In this document: piece after piece, positions 1-13,456 of the stretch
Numbering within the stretch: position 1 is the first letter of the stretch
Layout: every line of letters begins with the position of its first letter
NCBI RefSeq assembly: GCF_001194135.2
Contig: NC_068994.1
Span: 19,366,400 to 19,405,357, forward strand
Direction: 5' to 3'
DNA from: Octopus bimaculoides
Lineage: Eukaryota
Length of the DNA stretch: 38,958 nt
The notes under the pieces: generated by a model
What the model was told of the DNA's origin: nothing
What the model saw: the letters and a program-made list of their open reading frames with translations, nothing else
Database searches by the model: none
Made by a program: the position numbers and the translations under genes

Positions 1-59
1 AGACATAAAAACACGAACCATGCTGCGTACTGATTCGTGCTTCATATGTTGTCTGGTCA

Positions 60-137
60 ATTCTGCTGACGAAAGTCTGACCTTGTAAGATATAATCTTT
101 ATCTTACTAAAATTGACTTGAAACCATGGTACAGAAT
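60..137 (+). ncRNA. Type I hammerhead ribozyme (Penelope/retrozyme-like)
   Basis: Stem I ATTCTG(60-65)/CAGAAT(132-137); core CTGACGA(66-72); stem II AAGTC(73-77)/GACTT(115-119) extended by GTAAGATA(85-92)/TATCTTAC(100-107); GAA(120-122); palindromic stem III ACCATGGT(123-130); GUA cleavage triplet ending at A131. All catalytic core nucleotides are present. Confidence 0.72.
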
Positions 138-267
138 ATAGATTGGTAAAAGTTTTTATTTTTCATTTCCTTTCGAAATTATCCCTAACTTTTGTGGTAT
201 GTAGTATTTTTTGCTGCTATTTCTAGCGAGTAGATGTCCTATTATAGGCGTCTCTGCATTTCTAATG

Positions 268-271
<4 letters not shown>

Positions 272-306
<35 letters not shown>

Positions 307-342
307 TACATGTATATAAATGTGTGTGTGTATATGTGTGCG

Positions 343-387
<45 letters not shown>
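272..387. repeat. Compound (TA)n/(CA)n/(TG)n microsatellite
   Basis: Seen directly; source of the artefactual ORFs 156-446 and 211-441. Confidence 0.95.
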
Positions 388-389
388 CC

Positions 390-718
390 AAAAAATATAA
401 GGAGTGGAACAGGTAGAGTATTGGCTACTATTGTTTTATAACTCACAGACGTTCATTATGCGAGTCATTACGCAACCAACACTCCTCGGCTTAACTAGTC
501 TTTAGGCCAAGTCACCTCCACAAAGTTTACTTTGTTGCATTTAAAAAGAATCTTTTTGTTTACCTCCTGCAGCAATGTAAACTTTGTGGAATTGCCCTGA
601 CCTGAAGACTGGCTATGCTGAGGTGTGTTGGGTTTGTAATGACTTACATGATGAACGTGAATGAATTATGAAATGATTGTGGCCAATTATTCTACCTGTT
701 CCATTCCATATATTTTTT
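390..718. mobile_element. Foldback element / MITE-like, ~150-bp inverted arms
   Basis: 390-539 is the imperfect reverse complement of 568-718 (inner 89 bp match at 70/89 by manual alignment); 28-nt spacer 540-567. Confidence 0.75.
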
Positions 719-949
719 TTTTTATTTGCATTCTTAGTAGTGTTAGTTGCTAAATCATGGATTGTATATAAACAATAATCTTATTGAATTTTCTCTTAAT
801 TTTGATATAGGAAAAACCGTGTAACTTGCAATGTTCATAAATATTTATTTTATTATATATTGTCCACCTTTCATTCGCTGTACTAGCCACTATAGCTTGA
901 AGCTAACTAACTTGGATCCCTAGATTGTATTTAACCACTGATATGGCTG

Positions 950-1160
950 TTACCAGTGCCGTGTGACTGGCCCTCGTGCTGGTGGCACATAAAAGCACCC
1001 ACTACACTCTCGGAGTGGTTGGCGTTAGGAAAGGCATCCAGCTGTAGAAACTCTGCCAGATCAGATTGGAGCCTGGTGCAGCCTACTGGCTTGCCAGTCC
1101 TCAGTCAAATCGTCCAACCCATGCTAGCATGGAAAGCGGATGTTAGATAATGATGATGAT
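950..1160 (+). mobile_element. SINE-like family B with (GAT)n tail
   Basis: Reverse complement of the copy at 38725-38958 (GGTTGGCGTTAGGAAGGGCATCCAGCTGTAGAAAC motif); ends in GATGATGAT. Confidence 0.8.
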
Positions 1161-1696
1161 ATAGACATAGGGTAAAAATTAATAATTAGTAATTTTACCA
1201 AGTAGTTCGGTGTGTTAAAACCATTATCGGTAAATTCATATATATATATATATATATATATCAGTAATGTACACGTGTGTGTGTAATATCATCATGCCTT
1301 GGCGTCATGATGAAGATTCATGAAAGGGAATGTCCACAATGGATACTGCTTGCTTTGACTGATAAACCAATACAGGACAGGCAGGTCTGGCTGCAGCAAC
1401 TGTGAGTGAAATGATGTCTAGAAAGGAAATAAGAGGTACTTAACAGTTTAAATGTGGCTAATAAGCCCTGTAATGTGTTAGTATAACCTCCTAATTTTTC
1501 CATATCCAAAGAGTATAGCAAAATATATTTTCTTTAGTTTACTTTCTGCAGCAGAAGTGTTATATATTGTAATCAAACTGCATTAAATTTATCATAAATT
1601 TACATGCTATTTCTGCACACCATATAAACATATATATATAAACATACTCACATACACACACATACATACATATATGAGCATACATATATTTATACG

Positions 1697-2230
1697 TCAT
1701 CATCATTTAAGGTTTGTCTTCCATGTTGGCATGGCTTGGACAGTTTGACACAAACTGGCAAGCCAGAGGTCTGCAGTAAGCTTCACTGTCTGTTTTGGTG
1801 TGGTTGTATGGCTGGATGCCCTTCCTAATGTCAACCACATAACACAGTACACTGTTTTTCACATAACACCAGTACTGGTGATGTCTCTTTGGCATGGTTT
1901 TTACAGCTGGATCCCCTTCCAAGTGCCAACCACTTTACAAAGCAAACTGGGTACTTTTTACATGGCACCAGCAACTGGTGAGGTCACCAAGTAACTTGGA
2001 AAACAAAGATCCTTTGAGAGAAAGGTGGTATTGAAGGCGGTGGCTTTGTGCCAGGTGATGAGAGATTACAGTATGACAGAGAGGCAGAAACAAGCATCTT
2101 GCTGTAGAGGAGATACAGAGTTACCCTAGTCAGAGGGAAAGAACAAGAGATAGAGAGAGAGAGAGTGTGAGTGAAGGAGAGAGAGAAAGTGAGAGAGAGC
2201 AAGAGAGATGGTGATGTACCAGGATATACT
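1697..2230 (-). mobile_element. SINE-like family B, longer copy with AG-rich extension
   Basis: ATCATCATTTAA..., CTGGATGCCCTTCCTAATGTCAACCAC motif present twice; extension resembles 10150-10270. Confidence 0.65.
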
Positions 2231-2247
2231 TTCAAGTACAAAGATGA

Positions 2248-2293
<46 letters not shown>

Positions 2294-4091
2294 TGTATGT
2301 GTGTGTTTGTGGGTGTAATATCCTTTTTTTTCCAGAGAAACAGAAAAATATTTCCATTAAAAATGTCTTACTAAATTTGAAAATAGCTATCAATGAAAAG
2401 CACGTCCAACAACTTAGAAGCATAAAAGTGAAAATGAAATTCTATTAATGTGTGTTTATGAAAGTGTGTGTGTATATATCTGACTTTATTGATAATTTTA
2501 TTGGTATCTTTTCAAACAATTCTATAATGTTTGAACTGCAGACTTGGCATTATATTTACAATAAATAAACATATTACTGAGCAAGGCAGAGACATTGTAT
2601 TTTAAAACCAACAAGATTTATGCAGCAGTAGTTGTAGTAGTAGTAGTATTAGTAGTAGATACATAAACATATATGCATGATTATATTCTTATATTCTTTT
2701 GAAATTTTATATTAATACTGTGCAGAAAAAAGTTCAAATAGGCCAGACTCACCAACTATAGAGCAAATAATGTGAAATGTGTGGATTTACAAAAGCAATT
2801 CAACCTAAATCATGTAGCTGATGTATATCAATAGGGCAATCTTGTAACATTGTCCAAGGTAACAATGTATGTATGTAAGCAATTACTGTTTTTAAACCAT
2901 CTACATCACAATGTACAAGCAACTTTGTTGTATGGTAATAACTTTTTAAAAGGATTTCTCTGATTTAAAAGGTCATTTCAAATTTGCAATACTACATACA
3001 CACAGGAAAATAGTTAGACTTAATGTTTAAACTCAGCAAATAATTAAAGATATATACGCTTAGATTCTGAGTCATCCAAGAAAGTTTATTTCAGATGCAT
3101 ATATTTAATTACAATTGTATGAGACATCAGTTGCTCCATAATCACAACTGAGAGTATGATATTAAAGTCTTCAGTGCAATCATAAAATAACATTAGAAAA
3201 GATTTCAAAGGAGACAGTAAGTTCTTCAGAACATTCAAATTCAATTTCTAACCATTGATTAGCTGTTCATTTTCTGTCAGTTTTCCACGGAAAATTCTTC
3301 TTGTGTTGTTACCTGGGAATTATTTAGTATCGTACTTTCACAAAACAGTATATTGTGTTTAATACCACCAACATCACTACTATCAACTACCACTACTGCT
3401 ATGACAATGATAGCAGCAATGACAATGACTACTTGATTTCCACATACAAGCCAACTAAATATGTATCAGCTTCATAGTGCTCTGACTGTTCATAGGAGTG
3501 AACTTAAGACATGCTTCCTATACTTAATTACAGCTAGGTTGATTACATTGGGACACTTAGCAATTCCAGTAACAGGATTGAAAATAAAGACTATTAAAGT
3601 GAGCTGCCAACATCTTATTAACTCATCACCTGCTATTGTCTAAATCAGTACAGTGGAGTAGACACACTAAAGGGAACTTCCTAATCCACTTCAATATTGA
3701 AATAAAGACAATAAGACAAGAAAAATATGGAGTATTTACACCTACTTTCAAAACTGAATAGAATCTGGCTGACTAAAAATGCAGCTAGCTTTATGACTAG
3801 CCTCAATGCTGACACAATATCAAAAAACCTATTGTTTCCTAATATTTCATTTTCATAATTAACAGTTTGTCTACTGAATCTATATTTGGTTCCTAAATTA
3901 AACTTGTGAATTGACAAGTTGTCTTTGTCCTATTCAAAATTGCTAATTAACGAAGTATCACAAGTGATATTCTTTGCTACCTCTTCCTTTCATTACATAT
4001 GCAGTTAACCTTATCTACTGACATTTCTTTACAAATGACATTTTCATTTTGTTTCTTTTTTTATGTTTTTCTTTCACACACAGTCACACAA

Positions 4092-4093
<2 letters not shown>

Positions 4094-4146
<53 letters not shown>
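4094..4146. repeat. (TG)n microsatellite
   Basis: Seen directly. Confidence 0.95.
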
Positions 4147-4150
<4 letters not shown>

Positions 4151-4224
4151 TAGTGTTAGCTGCGAGGGGGGGAAAAAGAGTACTCAATATCATAGTAGAG
4201 ATTAATAATACTTTCTACTAAAGG

Positions 4225-4425
4225 TATAAGGCCTGAAATTTTGTGGGGGGAGCGCTAGTCAATCACATTGGCCCCAGTGTTTCACTGGTATTTAATTTAT
4301 CAACCCTGAAAGGAGGAAAGGCAAAGTTGACCTTAGCAGAATTTAAACTCAGAATGAAGTGAGGGATGAAATACTGCTAAGTATTTTGTCTGGCATGCTA
4401 ACGATTCTGCCAACTCCCTGCCATT
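4225..4425 (-). mobile_element. SINE-like family C
   Basis: Closely similar to 35675-35850 (GGCAAAGTTGACC...AGAATTTAAACTCAGAA...GCATGCTAACGA). Confidence 0.7.
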
Positions 4426-4767
4426 AGTAGAGATTACTAATAATAAAGAGTCTTGCTTGAAGATCTTGCGCACCTACAGGTGAAACTCAGAGTAGCAAGT
4501 ATGTATATATGCACCTGAGTATAAGCACGAATTTGCCTTCATTCACATGTGTATGTGCGAGCAATATTTATAATTGTTTTACTGTTTTTCACTTTACACA
4601 ATATTTAAGTTCTTGGAATCTTCAATACCCACTTCTAGTCTTTCATGTTTTTGATTACTAAGCCAAAAACTAAGTTTCTCATTCCTTTACCAAAATGTGA
4701 AACAATGACTGAAGGTTCCTGTAAAGATTCTAGAGATTAGAGTCTCCACCCAATCAACACAGTTGTC

Positions 4768-4980
4768 CAGTGTTTCCTAATCTATTTTCCACCAGGCCTC
4801 ACTATAACTTTCCAGAAAAATGTATGTCCCACCGGTGGTAGAGAAAAAATATAGGTGTAATATGTTTGCTGTGAAAAAAAGATTTTCACAATTCAATATC
4901 CAATTACAAAAACAAACAAAAAAAAAATTGGGATCCCATGCCCCACCAGTGGGGTGTATGTTCTACATTGGGAATCACTG
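4768..4980. mobile_element. hAT (Charlie-like) MITE
   Basis: TIRs CAGTGTTTCCTAA / TTGGGAATCACTG (11/13 complementary); CCCCACCAGTGGGG subterminal motif; no TSD recognisable. Confidence 0.6.
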
Positions 4981-5539
4981 TCATAAACTTTTTTCCTCAA
5001 CTAACAAGTCAAGTCAAAAAGCTTCTCTTATTCTACAAATCACATATAATTACAATGATATATTGTCATGAAATGCCACAGATTTCATCTTTCCTGTAGT
5101 TTATTTATCTCATCTAATTTAAATTATGATGATGATGATGAATTATCAGCAAAAATTCTTCTATATTGACTTTAGACTAAGTAGGTCAGTTTGTAAGTGA
5201 TTCATATAGTTCAATGAATCAAGCCTGGTATAATACTGGTATTTATTTTATTGCCCTAAAAGGCATGAAATCAGAGAAAAAGTCAATGGCATTTGCACTC
5301 AAAATACAAAAGGTTAAAACTAAATACACTAAAACTTTTAGTCTATTGTACTATCATTTCAGGCAAATTACTCATTTTATATCATAGTTTGAAGTTACAG
5401 GTTTTCAACTGATCAATCACTGCTTTACTTCTGGTGATGATTATGAGAGTCAGACTCAAAACAAGGGACTTCACTCATAAAGTACTATTTTTCAAGCTTT
5501 TTGCCAATCATTACAACTGACATCAATACGAATTGGCAA

Positions 5540-5690
5540 ATGAGACACACACACAATGAGTTTCACTATTTCCTTCCTTTCACAAGGCTTTGTCAACTAG
5601 AACTTATGTTAGAAGACACTACCTAGAAATGGTGAGCAGTGGGATTGAACTTGGAACTACATGACTGCAAAGCAAACATAGCCATGCTTG
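5540..5690 (-). mobile_element. SINE family A, decayed 5' part
   Basis: Similar to the reverse complement of the head and middle of 29964-30362. Confidence 0.55.
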
Positions 5691-5839
5691 TACTCCATAC
5701 AAATCCTATCAGAAAACTAGAGAGAAAAGGCAATATAGGATGTATTCCATTAGTAAGCTTTCTCTGCATAAAATCTTTTTTATTGACTCTTTTCGAAGGC
5801 CAGTTTTGTAGCAGTTTAGAATATTGATTTTTCTCTTTC

Positions 5840-5971
<132 letters not shown>

Positions 5972-6854
5972 CTATCAAATACTACTGTCTGTTGCTTGTT
6001 ATTAACATGTAAAATGAAAATGATTAAATAGGTTAATGAATAAGTTTCCGAACTGATATTTTCTATGCTCAGATTCCATCAATGATGGAGAACTGCTGAA
6101 GCCAGAAGCAAATTTTTTTATTAACTCTAGTCTGCCTATTTGGAAACTGAGTACTGAATTTGTTGTGAGTTGGAGTAATGCTGAAATAATTAGATAACAA
6201 TAACTTTGGTTCTCCAGTTGTGACTTGAACTAAATTTGATTTAATTTTCATTACATTTTATCATTTGCAGATCAAAAGCTACAACAGAGGTCATCTTTAG
6301 CTGTTCTAGAATCCATGAAATTAGATACATAAACTACCTCAGTAAAGATTCATGGGACTTCCATGTATATTCAATTGACTATTACGACCAATAAAGGACT
6401 GCAGTACACCTTGATGTTCAGAATTACCTCTGGGAGATTGCCCTCAATTATATTAATTTGCATGGATCACTGAAGGAATCTAGATATGTTTGTGTGACTT
6501 GCCAGAAATAGCAGCTAAATTCCTTTGAAAAGCCAGTACCATGATAACATAAAAGGTCAATGTAATCCTTTGATAGACAAAAATGAGCAATGTAATTCTA
6601 GATAGCCGTAAAAAATGGGATAATCATGGCCAGAATGCAGTCAATAATATATCTTCTCAATTACTAGCATATTTATTCGTATTTGTAAATGTTTTCACTA
6701 ATATTAGTTCCAGGTGGTGACTGAAATTCACAGTAATTTAGACAGTCTAAACAGACTTGATCAAAGTTAGCTTCATATAGGTACTTAACCAAATAGGTAC
6801 TTAACTTAAATATCAATCAAAATACTTAAGTTGTTAAGGATCAGATATGACTGT

Positions 6855-6975
6855 AAGGATTAGAAGTTCACTTTGCAACCATGAGGGTTTGAGTTTTGAT
6901 CCAGCTGTGTGACACATAGCTTCAGGTGAACCGAAGTCTTGTGAATGAAATTTGGTAGGCAGAAATATGTGAAAC
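6855..6975 (+). mobile_element. SINE family A, decayed fragment
   Basis: GCTTCAGGTGAACCGAAGTCTTGTGAATGAAATTTGGTAGG matches the family A middle region. Confidence 0.5.
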
Positions 6976-7059
6976 TGAGGCAATGAAGGAGCTTCTAAGT
7001 GACTGCTTGACAAAGGTTGAACTAGGGCTAAATAATAATTATGTTGTTGATTGTCATAA

Positions 7060-7606
7060 AAATATTTATATGTCTGTGTCAGGATTCAGATCCCATGAAA
7101 TTCCTCATTAATTATTTCAAAGTGAATAACACCAAATATCAAACAGAAATATTAATTTCTTACATCAGCACAAGGTTAGAAATTTTGATGGGGAAGGAAA
7201 CACTGACTGTATTGACTCTAATATGGTAATGAACTTGGACCATGAAAGTATACAATTAAATATCACTAGGTATTTTTTTTTTTTTGCCATTCTACCAATT
7301 CAGACTGACAAAATTACTAAAGCACTTGGCTCTAGAGAAATAAATTACTACTTATTGCAGAAATTTAGTACAATTATCCTGTGACTTTAGATGACTTGAA
7401 ATATGAAAGCATATAGGCTGAAAGCTACTAATCTGAAATTATCATCTGTAGAGTGTCTGAAAAATAACAGTCATCATAGAGTTATAAGAAGAATTCAGAA
7501 ATAAAGCTAGTCTCTTTACTAATTTGATCATTAAAAACCACCAAATATGTCTTTAATATGAGACATACATATTCATTTAAATCCTGACACAGGCATATAA
7601 ATATTT
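7060..7606. repeat. 32-bp inverted repeat pair ~480 bp apart (possible MITE TIRs)
   Basis: AAATATTTATATGTCTGTGTCAGGATTCAGAT (7060-7091) vs reverse complement of 7575-7606; 3 mismatches. Confidence 0.55.
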
Positions 7607-7988
7607 AATTACAAAAACCTCTGACTACTAAAAACACAATGAAAATGTCGGATTTGAATGACAAAAATAAATAAATCAAACACGGTGCTATTGATATATC
7701 TGTTTTAATTCCCTACTTACCAAATGTTAGATAATGTGTGCGTCATAGATGACAGTTTGTTGGAGGAAATGACAAAATGATAAAAGAAAAAGATTTTCAA
7801 TGAAGTATGAGATTACAAAATTATTTTTAATATATTAAGATAAAAATTCCACATTTATAACCCTAGAACAATGATGAATTTACAAATTAAGTATTAAAGA
7901 AATACTAGGTGCCATCAAATGAAAGATAAAATGTATTAACTGGAACAGGAAATCAATCATACTATCAGATGGTTTCCAAGTGCAGTAT

Positions 7989-8365
7989 CTTTTACTTTTT
8001 TCTTCATTTTTTACTTGTTTCAATCATTAGACTGCAGCCATACTGGGGTACTGCTCTGAAGAATTTTTAGTCAAATGAATTGACCCCAGTATTTAGTTTT
8101 TCTTTTAAGCCTGGTACTTACTCTATTGATTTCGTTTGCTGAACCACTAAGTTGTCAAGCAGTGNNNNNNNNNNGGGCAAACATATATGCAAAGATACAC
8201 AAGTGCACACACATATATGACAGGCTTCTTTCAGTTTCTGTCAACTAAATCCACCCACAAGGCTTTGGTCAGCCCAAAGTTATAGTAGAAATTTGCCCAA
8301 GGTGCCATGCAGTGGGACTGAACCTGGAATTATGTGGTTGGAAAGCAAGCTTCTCACTACACAGC
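7989..8365 (-). mobile_element. SINE family A, near full length (contains a 10-N gap)
   Basis: Collinear with 26064-26446 and with the reverse complement of 29964-30362. Confidence 0.85.
8165..8174. other. Assembly gap (10 N)
   Basis: N run. Confidence 1.
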
Positions 8366-8815
8366 AGACAACAACAAATAGTGAAAGACTGTGTTGAAAT
8401 TAGCATCACATTCGTAACAAATGAGACATTTTATTGTATTTTGCCTGTTTAAAGAAATGAAATCTTAGAATAAAATGAAAACACTGAAAATATAGACTTG
8501 GTCTGTGAAGTGTTGAAGTTTGTAAAAGTATCACATCATGGGATATATTTAGATCTCAATTTAAAGTAAGAAGAACAGTATATCAGCTAAGTATTGAATG
8601 GATAGAAGACTACAGATAATTCTACTTTAAGAATACTGTATACTGCTACCAGTAAAATCTAGCTTCTAATATGATGTCCAATAATTATTATTTATTCTTT
8701 TAAAATTTGAAAACATTAGTTGTAATTAAAAATTAATAGCTTCAGGTTTTTCCTAAGAATACATTTTCAGTAATTTAACAATGTGCTTCCTAATAAAATA
8801 AAGAAATTGTAAAGG

Positions 8816-8825
8816 NNNNNNNNNN
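8816..8825. other. Assembly gap (10 N)
   Basis: N run. Confidence 1.
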
Positions 8826-9519
8826 AATTAGTTAAACAAGTGATCTATAAATTATGATCTATAGATTATGTCTCCCCACCTTTGTTTTTACTAAATCTTG
8901 GTTCATTTTGTTTGCTAAAGATGAGAGAGCAAATTTAAACAATTGAGGTATGTGCATTAGCTATTACATTCATAAAAAGTACTATATGTTGTTGTGGACC
9001 TGCAATGTAAGCTGTTGCTACTATACCTAACAATTCATTTACCATTTAACAAAGAAAAATATTGTTTTCTTTCAACTGGGTTGAAAAGTCAACTGTTATG
9101 AAAGTGTTTAGTTGATTGGATTGATTACAGGTCATAATCAGTTGATCTTGAAGGCATAAAAAAGAAAGTTACCCCTAGAGGGAATTGAATGTGAAATGGA
9201 AAAAGACAAATTAAATACTGTTATGAATTTAGCACAATAGTCTTCTCCAGCTCTACTACTTGCATGAAGTACATTATTAAAATAGTTCAATATTATTCAA
9301 ATCATTAAATATTAATTAAGAAAATATCATCAACTCATACAAAGAACTTTTGACTTAAATTATTTAACAGTTTGGAGACCAAGACCAATTATGTATCTAT
9401 ACTGAAGAAATCAGACTCATTTTCATAAGATACATAATGAATAAGGATGTTATTATTTAAAATTACACAAAACATGTCTAACTCTCAACAGACAAAGGAA
9501 GAATATATGTATACACACA

Positions 9520-9567
<48 letters not shown>

Positions 9568-9839
9568 ATATGCACACATGCATGCAAAGGCATATATCTC
9601 ACATTTATTTACTATTTAATTGCGTCTTTTGATTTTAATTAAACTAATTAAGAATATATTTTCCTGACACTTTTCCAATTCTCATTATATTTATTTTTGT
9701 TGCAACAATGTTTCATATATAATATTTTATTTTAATCAATCTTCATTCAATGCACATGCAAGTAATTAGTAAGTATAACTTGAATTTTAGCATAAGCAAG
9801 ATCTACACTCATTAGTATATTATCATCATCATCACTACC

Positions 9840-9870
<31 letters not shown>

Positions 9871-9873
<3 letters not shown>

Positions 9874-9910
9874 CATCATCATCATCATTGTTTAACGTCC
9901 ATCTTCTATG

Positions 9911-9942
<32 letters not shown>

Positions 9943-10270
9943 GATCATTTAATATGTCTTTCATACTGGCATAAGTTGGATCATTTGATAGGATTCAATG
10001 AGCTAGAGGACAGCATTGAGCTCCAATGTTTGTTTTGACACAGTTTCTACATTCTGGTGCCCTTCCTTATGCCAACCACTTTACAGAGTGTAATGGGTGC
10101 TTCTTTTTGTGACTACAAGTGAGGTTGCCAAGTAAACTAAAACAACGAAAAGATCCTGGACTGAGTGGGGTTGTAGTAGAGAGGAGTTGGCTTTATGACA
10201 GGTATTAAGAAGTTAAAACATGATCTATGGACAGACACAGGTATCTGGCTACTGAAGAGATATTGGCTCC
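9871..10270 (-). mobile_element. SINE-like family B, interrupted by (TA)n, followed by purine-rich low-complexity DNA to ~10870
   Basis: CATCATCATTGTTTAACGTCC tail; GGTGCCCTTCCTTATGCCAACCACTTTACAGAGTG motif. Confidence 0.65.
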
Positions 10271-13200
10271 CTACATCCACATCATATAAGTGTGTGGGAG
10301 TAGTTGGAAAGAAGGAAATGATAATGGTGATGAAGTATCAGAGTGTATTCTCAAGATACAAGTTGAGTATAAGAGATAATATAGACAAAGAATTGGTGAG
10401 GGCCAGTGGATACGTTCATTAGAGTGTGAGAGGAAAGTGATAGATGTTAGAGATGAGTGTACAGGTGAATGTAGTGAATAGAACAAGGGTGGAGGTGAGG
10501 TCAGTGGTAAGTATCAGTGTTGGGGGAGGGGGGCTGGCAAAGAATAGAAGTGGTTCAGGAAGAAGTAGGTACAGGAAGGGAAGAGAGCTGCAGTATAATA
10601 AACATGTAGGTAGATCAGAAAATATGCAGGTAATGTGCAAGGAAGGAGAGTAGGTGAGAGAGAGAGAGAGTGTGTGTGTGTATGTCTATGACAGAGGTAC
10701 AATAACAGACATGGATGTCAGTGGTATGTAGGGGTGGCTATAATGAGTGGGAGCTAAAAGTGGAGAAAGTACATTGATGGGAGATGCTACTGGATGACGA
10801 GTATGATAGTAGATAAGAAGAGAAGTGTTAAAGATAAGGTAATGGCAGTTCTAAAATGTATCTCACAGAGTTATTTTATGGTATTGTTTAAAATTCTTTT
10901 GAACAATATATTAAGGATGCTAATAAATAGTAATAAACCTCAGTTATATGTATTTGAACAATATTAAACATTACAATTTTGTAAACAGCAATTTAATTTT
11001 ACATGGGCGTAATGTATGTAAACAAACCCACTCAAACCATATATCTATTGCCAGCCAGGCAAGTACATTAAAAGTTACTCCACACTCACTTTGCATCCTT
11101 TTTATCACTGAAATTAGATTGCTTTTAGATAAACTTTAACTGCCATTGCATCCTCAGATGCTTACTATGCATTGTGCAAAAGTCAGACTTCTGTCTAACA
11201 CAGCAAGGCATCCCATTTTGTTTCCATGCTTTACTGAGAATTAATTCAAGTATATGAGTGAATTATAAACTAATGGTTAAGTTATTTTAATACATTTACT
11301 ATATCTTTGTGAATATCAAATTAACATTGGAAAACAAAAACAATCCCACATTTTTTTCAATTGTCCACACAAGAGCTGAAATGTTTTTAGTAATATACTG
11401 TACTGCTTATATTATACAAACAATATTGCTAATTCATTAAACGAGAAATAACAATTCTGACTGGATAGAAGCCAACTTGTGGGATAAGTTATATACTATT
11501 TAGAAAGGAAGTCTCAGATGCTAAAAAGCAAAACTTAATAGCAACACAGCCAAGATAAAAATAAATAAATATTTGAGAAAGCAACTGTGTGATATAAATA
11601 AATTACTTTTTCAATTACAAAATAAAGTAAATAAATAAAACTTTTTCCAAACTAATAAATACAGACAGTGAACTCTATATATTAAAATTATTTGGCTATT
11701 AACTTAACTTGGAATACTAATACAGCTTTTCTTTTTCTTCCATTTCTATGTTTTCTATTCTGCAGGAACAGCCATCCAATGCCACTGATAAATCCTTGAT
11801 TTTACTATTAAGAAAATTCTATAGTGATATTACAAAAGTAACTTTCTGCTGAAATCCATCAACATTTTTTATTTTTTTTATTTTGGTAAAAAAAAATATA
11901 AGAAATCTGATTCTAGCACATTCATTGAAATTCTACTCCTTCCCCCACCCCACCCCAATGCTATCACTGAAATTAACTTGATGGCAGTTTTCTTGTCTCT
12001 TGTAGTCTTTAATTCTAAATTATTTTTTATATCCTCATACTAGACATGCATTTTGTTGATTTTTTAACGATTTTCCAAACTAATTTTCATTATAGAGTTG
12101 TACTTTGGATTTCTAGCAAAAAAAAAAAAACAAAAATAATAATAATAATAATAATAATAAACTCCTGTTGTTTCGAAATAGTATCAGAAACTTTCCTAAG
12201 ATATTCAGAATTTGAGGTATTTTTGGCTTGATTTTTTTTTCCAATCTATTTTATATAACCACAGTCTTTGGTATGAAACCTTAATGCAATTATCTATGTC
12301 TATAAGAATATCTACTGATCAGTTTCTTTTCAGTTTGGTATCTGCTCTTGAGTTATGTTACTCTATTGCTTCATATTTTCAACAACTAAAGTTCAATGTC
12401 CTATCTAAGATTACAACATTAAAATGCAAGGCTACTTCAATCATAAAATAATTATATATTTTAGCATCTACAATGTTGGTAGTTTGGATAATGCTAAACA
12501 AGCAATTTGTAATTTAATGTATAATATATACATATCAGTCTGTCACAATTGAGCTGTTATATGTCATCATGAGTTTATTTTCCAATTAATATCAGCTGCA
12601 CTGCTCTTGGAATTAGAAATTCACTTGAATACAAAGATCCACATATTCTATTGCAAATTTATCTATCTATTTATTGTATTTTTACCTTAGAAAAACTAAT
12701 TACCAAAACAACTTCTTTGGGTTTGAAAGTAAAAACACACCTACACAAAGAAATTACAAACATCTTTTTAAATTTTCTTTTTTATGACAAGTGTGGGTAT
12801 AAAGATATCTATGAGCTGTTACATTAACAATTGGAGAAAAAGGGGGTTTTTTTTTACATCTTTAAAAACATTTTTTTTTCCATTATTGTACAGCCTGCTC
12901 ATTACAGTCTCTGTTCACTAGGGATTGTAGTTTGCATTAATTTACTTTATCCATTCCAAAACTTTAAGCCTTCATGTTGATGTAAAATAGCATGTTAGAA
13001 TGAGGTCCTTTAGTTTCAAAAAGTTTATAAATATACATGTTTTCAGTAAGAAAGCAAAATTTAGGGACTATAAACTTTTCCATTGAATATTCTCTTTAAC
13101 AAAAATCACTGGTCTGAGAATTAAGAATCAACAGAAATTATGTATTCGATTGCAAAGTAATTTTTTTTTTTTTACCTACTTAAAACCAGAAAAACAACTT

Positions 13201-13331
13201 TGGTTTTGAGAGGCAAAACAATACCATCCATATATTGAAATCTTTATTTTACAAAATCTCTTTTGTGATGTTTTTGTATGGGTATAATGAAAACTAGGAG
13301 CTTCTACTTTAACCAATGGAAAAATAGGTTT

Positions 13332-13456
<125 letters not shown>

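Noticed and set aside
3172-3222. 42-nt candidate exon CNHKITLEKISKET with GTAAGT donor
   Set aside because: Acceptor lacks a pyrimidine tract and the peptide is not recognisable.
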